A stretch of DNA of 33,811 nucleotides from Eubacteriales bacterium (GTDB taxonomy: Bacteria > Bacillota > Clostridia > Oscillospirales > CAG-272): NCBI GenBank assembly GCA_045547015.1, contig JAZQDY010000066.1, forward strand, positions 1 through 33,811, written 5' to 3'. Every line of letters begins with the position of its first letter. The first letter of the stretch is position 1. The notes beneath the pieces are model-generated. The model was not told the DNA's origin and did not search any database. It was given only the letters and a program-made list of their open reading frames with translations. This document shows, piece after piece, positions 26,610 through 32,821 of this stretch. The translations under genes were made by a program, and so were the position numbers.

Positions 26610-27488
26610 TCAGAGTATTTTTTCTCCGTCAAACAGGATTACCCCCGTACCGCTGCCCATCTTATTACCCGCCTTCAGATACGCCGCATAGTTCCGTCTC
26701 AGGCGTGTATCCAAAGGCACACGGTCCAGCGTTTCCGGCCCTTCGTACATCGTATTAAAGATCCGCCAAAAATCCACGGAGGTGGAGCGCTCTTGCATAC
26801 CGATTATATCGAAAAGCTCATAAAATTTCCGGGTGTTGGAACCCTCCGGGTATAACTCAATGGTGGGAGGATACAAAAGTCCGGTAGTAGTCACGATTTT
26901 CAGAATACCGTCCGCAAGGCTGTCCTTATGGTATTCGTACAGTTTTCCGATAGAATCCATGACAGATTCCGGTGTCAGCGGTCCGCTGGACGGAATATGG
27001 CAGTAAAAGTACGTATCGCCTTTTTTCAGAATGCCGCGATAATCTTCCCCGTCCCACGCACGCAGATCGTACTGCAGCCGACCGAACGTCATACGATCAC
27101 AGGTAAAAAAGCGGTCGAACCACTGGGTAAAAACACCCCAGATCCCGTACACGGAATAACACTCCATCAGCTTGTATTTGAGATCCATCATGGCATCCCA
27201 GTACAGATGCTCCGGGATATTCTTCTGCTTATAAATATAGTACAGCGGTTTGGCACAGTGAATCCAGAACACCAGATCGGAAGTGTATCTGTGCACGCCG
27301 GATTTTTTTGATACGGTCTCAAGGCTCTCCGCAACGGACGGGCGTGGTTGAGCGGAATACACCTTATCCATCGCTTCATAGATCTCGTGCACAGCCGAAG
27401 GGGACTGCAGAATCTTTCTGTACGCCGTCTCAAGGCACACTACGGCCTCTTCGGGGAAGCCGAGTTTTTCACAAAAATCCTTTACCAT
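26610..27488 (-). CDS. acyltransferase-like protein (same family as 23947-24822), copy 2
   Basis: 292 aa, MVKDFCEKLGFPEEA...KMGSGTGVILFDGEKIL. GGAG lies 7 nt upstream of the ATG. It is a paralogue of copy 1. Confidence 0.7.
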   Translation of the reverse strand: MVKDFCEKLGFPEEAVVCLETAYRKILQSPSAVHEIYEAMDKVYSAQPRPSVAESLETVSKKSGVHRYTSDLVFWIHCAKPLYYIYKQKNIPEHLYWDAMMDLKYKLMECYSVYGIWGVFTQWFDRFFTCDRMTFGRLQYDLRAWDGEDYRGILKKGDTYFYCHIPSSGPLTPESVMDSIGKLYEYHKDSLADGILKIVTTTGLLYPPTIELYPEGSNTRKFYELFDIIGMQERSTSVDFWRIFNTMYEGPETLDRVPLDTRLRRNYAAYLKAGNKMGSGTGVILFDGEKIL

Positions 27489-27531
27489 ACGTCAACTCCA
27501 ATTGAAAACGCGATGGTTTGCGTCGCTTATT

Positions 27532-28578
27532 TTAATCCAGAATATCCTTCATGACATTCTCCAGAGCTGCCGCCATGGAGGCAAATCCGTAATCGGTAGG
27601 ATGACAGCCGTCCACCGTACCCTCATTGCCGCACAATGCCATAAGTGCCGGTCCATCCAGGAAGTATACGTTTTTATCTCCGGCGGCAAGTGCGTTCTTA
27701 TAGGTCGTTTCCACACAGCGGCGGCGGTCCACTTCCGGTTCAAGCAAATAAATCTTCGGTCGGCTCATCATAATGACCGGTATGTCCGGATGCTTGGCGC
27801 GCACGGCTTTAAACAGCTTTTCATGGGTCGCCCAAAGATGCTCGGGCGTGGGTGCGTTGTGATCGTAATCCAGCACAAACATGGACATATCAAGACCGCT
27901 GAGATACTCAATCATGGTATCTTCTGCTCTGGCATTTCCGGAAAAGCCAAGATTTATATAATCCATATTGAAACGTCTCTCCAGAACGCTCTGATAACTT
28001 CTGCCGGGACGGGAGGCGCAGCCGCCCTGGGTGATGGAAGAACCATAGTATACCACCGGTTTTTCGTTTCTGTACGGTTTGGCAGCCTGTACCACGGCAT
28101 CCTCCTGGAGACCGATATATACCGCGTTCACATCACTGTAAAGGGGGAGATTAATAGTAATTTCGCGAAGCTGCTTTGAGGGCAGCGGAACTTCCCCGTC
28201 AAATCCTTCAGTGATAGAAAAAGGAGGAATAAATGTCTTCACAAACACGCCGTCCGCATACAGATCAAATCCGATGGAGCCGGTGAGTGCAAAATGCGAC
28301 ATTTTACCCAGTGCTTCTTTCATTTCTGCGTGAATAACCACATAAGGGCTGTCCGTCACAAAGCGGATACGGCCGCCGGCCGTATTGGCGTGAAGCCGCC
28401 AGACGCCGTCGCTGACGGATTTGGCAACGGATTCCGGCATACGGCGGTATTTACCGTCCTCCCAGTACACGCCGTGAATGGAAAACGGTGCTTTCTGCGG
28501 ATCGTAGAACCGCATATCCTCCCGCTGAACTGTAGTTGGCACGGCAAAGTTCTTGTCAATGCTTGCGATGTCAGACAT
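27532..28578 (-). CDS. SGNH/GDSL hydrolase with GxDLY-type N-terminal domain (copy 2), no signal peptide
   Basis: GFDLY motif, VVYYGSSITQGG, LGFSGNARAE, VDGCHPTD. I use the ATG at 28576-28578 (GGAGG 8 nt upstream) rather than the track start at 28605. Confidence 0.85.
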   Translation of the reverse strand: MSDIASIDKNFAVPTTVQREDMRFYDPQKAPFSIHGVYWEDGKYRRMPESVAKSVSDGVWRLHANTAGGRIRFVTDSPYVVIHAEMKEALGKMSHFALTGSIGFDLYADGVFVKTFIPPFSITEGFDGEVPLPSKQLREITINLPLYSDVNAVYIGLQEDAVVQAAKPYRNEKPVVYYGSSITQGGCASRPGRSYQSVLERRFNMDYINLGFSGNARAEDTMIEYLSGLDMSMFVLDYDHNAPTPEHLWATHEKLFKAVRAKHPDIPVIMMSRPKIYLLEPEVDRRRCVETTYKNALAAGDKNVYFLDGPALMALCGNEGTVDGCHPTDYGFASMAAALENVMKDILD

Positions 28579-28608
28579 TTTTTCTTCCTCCGATATAAAT
28601 ATCATTGT

Positions 28609-29157
28609 TTATTTTATTTCACCGGCAGACACCTCGGTCTGCTCTTTTTTGTTCCGTTTCCAATCGTAGCGAAGCATGGCAATGAGAAGTGACGAAATGC
28701 CCATCAGATCACCCAGACAGGAAGCATACGCACGACATGAAAAATTGTAAATAAACCAGAACGGACCGCCAAGAATACAGACACGGCGTATGTTCTTTTC
28801 CTTCGTCAGCCAAAGCCCGCAGGTCTGAAAGAGCACCGCGGCAATGGGAAACAGACTGAACACGTTTTCGTATACCGTAAGTCCCGCCGCCACAATGAAC
28901 GAATTCACCGCAATCAGGATAGGAATACGATACTTTTTTACAAAAGGCGTTTCCTTCTTTCCGGCAACAAAGGTAGAAATCATAGCAGAAAAATCCATGA
29001 CCGCCCCTTCAAAGGCGAACAGTAATACGTACTGCAGAATAAACAGTGCTCTTGCCGTCATATTAACCGCGATAATTCTGCCCCTCGTTTTTTGCTGGTA
29101 TCCTAAAAGAAGAACAACGATACCGACGATTCCGACGATTTGACCGAGTGTTTCCAT
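28609..29157 (-). CDS. YgjV-family inner-membrane protein (stand-alone)
   Basis: Multi-TM protein. ...FPIAAVLFQTCGLWLTKEKNIRRVCILGGPFWFIYNF... parallels E. coli YgjV (LPVIGT...K....R......W.IHNF) as I remember it. The start is set to METLGQ (29155-29157) because a good promoter (29204-29232) lies inside the track's longer N-terminal extension. Confidence 0.7.
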   Translation of the reverse strand: METLGQIVGIVGIVVLLLGYQQKTRGRIIAVNMTARALFILQYVLLFAFEGAVMDFSAMISTFVAGKKETPFVKKYRIPILIAVNSFIVAAGLTVYENVFSLFPIAAVLFQTCGLWLTKEKNIRRVCILGGPFWFIYNFSCRAYASCLGDLMGISSLLIAMLRYDWKRNKKEQTEVSAGEIK

Positions 29158-29203
29158 AAACCCTACCAGAATTCCATAGTGATAAAAACATACGTGATGC
29201 TTG

Positions 29204-29232
29204 ATTATATCACAGAATCCGCCTTTATGCAA
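29204..29232 (-). promoter_or_regulatory. sigma-A promoter for the ygjV-like/SGNH2/AT2 operon
   Basis: Minus strand reads TTGCAT (29227-29232), a 17-nt spacer, then TGaTATAAT, an extended -10 (TATAAT at 29204-29209). Confidence 0.6.
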
Positions 29233-29294
29233 GTGCAATTTCCAATTTCATCTATGGATATCTAAGTTCCCGTTTATCCGTTGAACGAATACTG

Positions 29295-29323
29295 TTGACA
29301 ACGTGCAGCGGTGCTGATATAAT
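29295..29323 (+). promoter_or_regulatory. consensus sigma-A promoter for the GH20b-domain gene
   Basis: TTGACA (29295-29300), a 17-nt spacer, then TGaTATAAT (TATAAT at 29318-29323). Both hexamers are perfect. SD GAGGT lies 6 nt before the ATG at 29371. Confidence 0.7.
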
Positions 29324-29370
29324 TAGGCATATAAGGTAAACTTATCATCCTGAAACAATGAGGTAAAACG

Positions 29371-31605
29371 ATGGAAAAACTGAATATTATCCCTACACCG
29401 CAGTATGTTTCCGCTCGCCGTACAGAAGGCGTATCTCCTCTTTTACGAATTCGGACGGTGTACTTTTCCGCTGAACTTGCAGCACAAGCCGGGGAGGGAC
29501 TGAAATTTTTACCTCTGTATGGACGTGCCACTGCCGCAGACGCAGATCTTGTAATCACAACGGTTCCGGACGATGCCGCTGTTTTTCCGGTCTCCGTTGA
29601 TGAGGCCTGGTTTTCACCCGTCAATGCCCGGGAACAGGGGTACATCCTCAAAGGATTTTCCGACGGACGGATTCTACTGTACGCCCGTGAGCCCCTGGGC
29701 ATTATGTACGGTATTGCGACGCTTCTGCAAATTCCGGCAATTGAAAACGAATTTGAAATCAAGGATTTCCCCGATTTTCGTTACCGGGGCAACAAATGGC
29801 TCATCTGGAACGAGACGGAGATCTGGTCCTACGATTTCGGCGACGGCGTGGATGCGTTCCGGGAACGGATCCTACGAAAACTGGATCTGTGCCTGAAATA
29901 CAAAATCAACATGATTTTCTTTGACGGCTGGGGTGCTGATATCAACCGCACGCCTCACTACAAGGATCTGATGCGCACGTGCAACGCCGAAGCACGCAAA
30001 CGCGGGATTCATCTGGTATTCGGAGCGTATACCATGGGCTACGGACTGGCCTCCTACAATTTCGGCAAGCATTTCGGCAAAGTCTACAAAAACCGCAGAA
30101 ACTATCCCGATGGCGATACGTACGAATGTCTTGGCACGTTCATACACGATAAAGACCAAAACGGCGGTATACCGTTTGTTACCGGGCGGGAATTCGGAAC
30201 GTGCATTTCCAATGAAGCGCTGATGGACGACAAGCTGGACGAGCTTTGTACCTTCGTAAAGGAAGTGCAGCCGGGGGCTCTCTACCTCCACAATATGGAT
30301 TCTCATCTGATCGATCAGCGGCTGTGGCTGGCACGCTGCGACAGCTGCCGCAAAAAATGGCCCAACGATGAGGTGCTCGCCGAGGACGGCATGGCAGGTG
30401 CGTTTGCCTTTTTCTTCGATAGGCTGAACGGTGCTTTGCAAAGCGTCACCGCCGAGGGATATGATGCAGCCCGGGATCTGCTGATTTTCAACGTATCCCC
30501 GGGATATATGTGGTACGTGATTACAGATGAAGAGGTGCGGGATGCCAACGCCTTCTGGGAAGCGGTACAGAAATACACAAAGATAAAAAACAATGTGTTC
30601 CCCATGTTCCGCGAAATGTACACCAACATGGATGACGATCGGCTCAGAATCCGGGACATAGTGGCAAAATCCTGGCAGGGTGAGCAAGGCTTCGGCATCA
30701 TCAATTTCAGCGGCGGTGACGGATTTTACACGGACAAGCTGTTCTTTATTTCCTCCGTATTCAATTACATGTTCAAAGGCGCCGATGCACTGATTACCTG
30801 CTGCGGCAATGCGTTCCAGGAGCCGCTTCAGGTATTCAACGCTGAGTACATGTGGAACTGCGAAAACAGCGATTTTTACAATATCTCGGACGTACCCACA
30901 GACTACGATGCCTTTCTTCAGCTGTACCACGACTGCCGGGATACGAAAATCCGTCCCCCGGAAATCTACAAAGACGGCGGTATGCTGGATATTATCTGCG
31001 AAAAGCTGTACGGCGATCACGGGGCCGTGATGACAAAAATTTTCAAGCTGTGCGGCAAAAAGGAAGAGTGTGTGGTTCCCTACCCCTGCAGCAAGGAAAC
31101 GTACACCGCCGGCAACGACGTGTTGATCAAATTCCGTTGGGACAACGAACTTCCCCGGGAGGAAATCGATAGGCTGATCGCTTCTTTCAGCGAAATGCGG
31201 CATCTCAATGAGACGGCCCTTCAGCTTATTGAGAACGAAAAGGCTGAAAACGCAGACGTCCATTCGTTCTATGAAATGCTTTCGCTCAATCAGCCGCTGG
31301 TTGTGATGTGGCATGAATATCTGCAGTTCTATAAAGAAGCGGATGCTCTTCTGAAAGACGGAATCGGTGATAAAGAATCACTGCTTCAGTGGGTACAGGC
31401 AGGTAAAGAACGCGCAGCGGAAGCAATGCGGGATCACAAAAAAAGCAGTTTCCAATTTGCCGATGCCATGGAGGGGGCACTCGCCAAGCGGGAAGCCCTG
31501 CTTGAGGTTCTCGAATACAATCACGAACTGATTCTCCGCAGTCTCAACACAGGAAAGCGGATCCCTGATGATCGGAAGATCCTCACAAAGAACGCCTGGT
31601 GGTAA
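29371..31605 (+). CDS. glycoside-hydrolase-like protein with a GH20b/GH84-type N-terminal domain (hexosaminidase-family or DUF4838-like); no signal peptide
   Basis: The N-terminus IIPTPQYV...EQGYILKGF...GIMYGIATLLQI...IKDFPDFRYRG is the pattern of the zincin-like domain that precedes GH20/GH84 catalytic barrels. I could not find the catalytic motif by eye. It contains a CDSC pair (LARCDSCRKKW). Confidence 0.55.
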   Translation: MEKLNIIPTPQYVSARRTEGVSPLLRIRTVYFSAELAAQAGEGLKFLPLYGRATAADADLVITTVPDDAAVFPVSVDEAWFSPVNAREQGYILKGFSDGRILLYAREPLGIMYGIATLLQIPAIENEFEIKDFPDFRYRGNKWLIWNETEIWSYDFGDGVDAFRERILRKLDLCLKYKINMIFFDGWGADINRTPHYKDLMRTCNAEARKRGIHLVFGAYTMGYGLASYNFGKHFGKVYKNRRNYPDGDTYECLGTFIHDKDQNGGIPFVTGREFGTCISNEALMDDKLDELCTFVKEVQPGALYLHNMDSHLIDQRLWLARCDSCRKKWPNDEVLAEDGMAGAFAFFFDRLNGALQSVTAEGYDAARDLLIFNVSPGYMWYVITDEEVRDANAFWEAVQKYTKIKNNVFPMFREMYTNMDDDRLRIRDIVAKSWQGEQGFGIINFSGGDGFYTDKLFFISSVFNYMFKGADALITCCGNAFQEPLQVFNAEYMWNCENSDFYNISDVPTDYDAFLQLYHDCRDTKIRPPEIYKDGGMLDIICEKLYGDHGAVMTKIFKLCGKKEECVVPYPCSKETYTAGNDVLIKFRWDNELPREEIDRLIASFSEMRHLNETALQLIENEKAENADVHSFYEMLSLNQPLVVMWHEYLQFYKEADALLKDGIGDKESLLQWVQAGKERAAEAMRDHKKSSFQFADAMEGALAKREALLEVLEYNHELILRSLNTGKRIPDDRKILTKNAWW

Positions 31606-31619
31606 AACGGTTCCAGAAA

Positions 31620-31655
31620 AAGGAGGTGCTGCATTTGCAAATGCAGCCCCTCCTT
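31620..31655. repeat. 36-bp near-perfect palindrome / long hairpin just after the stop codon
   Basis: AAGGAGGtGCTGCATTTGCAAATGCAGCcCCTCCTT has one mismatch in 18 pairs. A T-tract is present only in the minus-strand reading (TTTTTCTGG). Confidence 0.7.
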
Positions 31656-31764
31656 GCACTTACCCATGCCCGATACGGCGGTCATTTTTTGCCCGTTTCG
31701 GGCAAAAGGAACTCTCACAGCATATTCCTGCGGGATTTCAAATTCTTGCGTCTCTGCCGCAAAA

Positions 31765-31803
31765 ATTCGGGGCTGTCACATCTAAATGCGACAGCCCTTT
31801 TAA
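31765..31803. terminator. bidirectional intrinsic terminator between the glycosidase-like gene and the MBL gene
   Basis: AAAAATTCG-GGGCTGTC...GACAGCCC-TTTT is an 8-bp stem (31770-31777 with 31790-31797), lying 7 nt from the MBL stop codon. Confidence 0.7.
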
Positions 31804-31806
31804 CGT

Positions 31807-32562
31807 TTAAGCGTTCTTTTCTTCTTCAATGATTTTAAGCATATTCGCCGTACAGCCGGTAAGGAAATCATGCCAGATTTTTTCATCAAAAAACAGATTC
31901 TCGCCCGTTTTCATAAGATGCGCCGCTTTTTCCTCCGTTCGGTTGTTCCATACGTGATTGCCGATAAACACATCCACGCGTTCTTTCTGTAATCGTTCTA
32001 CCGAAGCGAGATAGTCGTCTACGCAGCCGTCGTATTCGTAGTTACCGCGGGAAAGCGTGTTTGTTCCAGCACCGCCGAACATACCGACTCGATACGTTTT
32101 TTCATTATCCACCGTATCAAAAAACAGCGACACGGTACCCTTCGTATGACCGGGTGTTTCCATAAAGTGAACCGTTGTATTGCCGAGAGTCAGCGTATCC
32201 CCGTCGTGAATTATAATGTCCGGCTCACAATACCGTTTTACATTTTCCGCGTCCTCGCACCCGATGAGATTCTTCGCACCAGTCAGTTTCGCCAAGGCAC
32301 CGCTTGCCTCGGCATGATCCCAGTGCCAATGGGTATTGATGATATACTTCACATTTTCCGGGCGAAATCCGAGTTTATAGATTGAATTAATCAGAAGATG
32401 CAGACCGTCCATATAGCCCGTATCGATGAGAATCAAACCGTCCCCGGTATCGATCAAGTGGCTGGAAGCGGGACGCATGCCTACGAAATACACGTTCCCG
32501 GCAATTCTGAAAGGCTCTATCGCCTCGTTCAAAAAGGCAAGCAGTTCTTCCCTGTTCTTCAC
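31807..32562 (-). CDS. MBL-fold metallo-hydrolase
   Basis: HxHxDH motif (NTHWHWDHAEA) preceded by SSHLIDTGDGLILIDTG. The start is trimmed to the GTG at 32560-32562 (GAGGGA 9 nt upstream), because the track's longer ORF reads through the tRNA-Lys gene and its terminator. Confidence 0.8.
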   Translation of the reverse strand: MKNREELLAFLNEAIEPFRIAGNVYFVGMRPASSHLIDTGDGLILIDTGYMDGLHLLINSIYKLGFRPENVKYIINTHWHWDHAEASGALAKLTGAKNLIGCEDAENVKRYCEPDIIIHDGDTLTLGNTTVHFMETPGHTKGTVSLFFDTVDNEKTYRVGMFGGAGTNTLSRGNYEYDGCVDDYLASVERLQKERVDVFIGNHVWNNRTEEKAAHLMKTGENLFFDEKIWHDFLTGCTANMLKIIEEEKNA

Positions 32563-32597
32563 AAAAATGTGTCCCTCTCTATCCGTTCCCGAAATTT

Positions 32598-32630
32598 TAA
32601 AACAAAAGGCCCTGTCAAACGACAGGGTCT
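32598..32630 (-). terminator. intrinsic terminator after tRNA-Lys
   Basis: Minus strand reads CCCTGTC-gttt-GACAGGG followed by CCTTTTGTTTT. Confidence 0.7.
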
Positions 32631-32636
32631 TTTGCG

Positions 32637-32712
32637 TGGTGCTCCATCGGAGATTCGAACTCCGGACACCTTGATTAAAAGTCAAGTGCTCTACCGTCTG
32701 AGCTAATGGGGC
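32637..32712 (-). tRNA. tRNA-Lys (anticodon UUU), CCA encoded
   Basis: Reverse complement: GCCCCAT-TA-GCTC-AGACGGTA-GAGC-A-CTTGA-CTTTTAA-TCAAG-GTGTC-CGGAG-TTCGAAT-CTCCG-ATGGAGC-A-CCA. It folds by hand into a standard 76-nt cloverleaf. The anticodon loop is CU-UUU-AA. Position 3:70 is a C-A mismatch. Confidence 0.9.
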
Positions 32713-32729
32713 ATCCAAAACGCCTATAT

Positions 32730-32758
32730 ATAATAGCACAAAAACCTGTGCGTGTCAA
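32730..32758 (-). promoter_or_regulatory. sigma-A promoter for tRNA-Lys
   Basis: Minus strand reads TTGACA (32753-32758), a 17-nt spacer, then TATTAT (32730-32735), 18 nt upstream of the mature 5' end. Confidence 0.65.
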
Positions 32759-32774
32759 GTGTTTTTTGCAGATT

Positions 32775-32810
32775 TTTTGAAAAACTCCCCCGGATTTTCC
32801 GAGGGAGTTT
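32775..32810 (-). terminator. intrinsic terminator after glnS
   Basis: Minus strand reads AACTCCCtCGG-aaaat-CCGgGGGAGTT followed by TTTTC. Confidence 0.7.
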
Positions 32811-32821
32811 CAAAACGTACG

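Noticed and set aside
31779-31788. ATCTAAATG inside the 31.78-kb terminator loop, which resembles the cassette TIR segment TTATCTAAATGACA.
   Set aside because: Only 9 nt are shared, the flanks do not match the TIR, and it sits in the loop of an ordinary terminator. I treat it as chance similarity and not as a second element end.
32563-32739. N-terminal 59 codons of the track ORF 31807-32739.
   Set aside because: This stretch is the translation of tRNA-Lys, its terminator and its promoter-proximal sequence. The MBL-fold domain starts after a GTG with its own SD at 32562.
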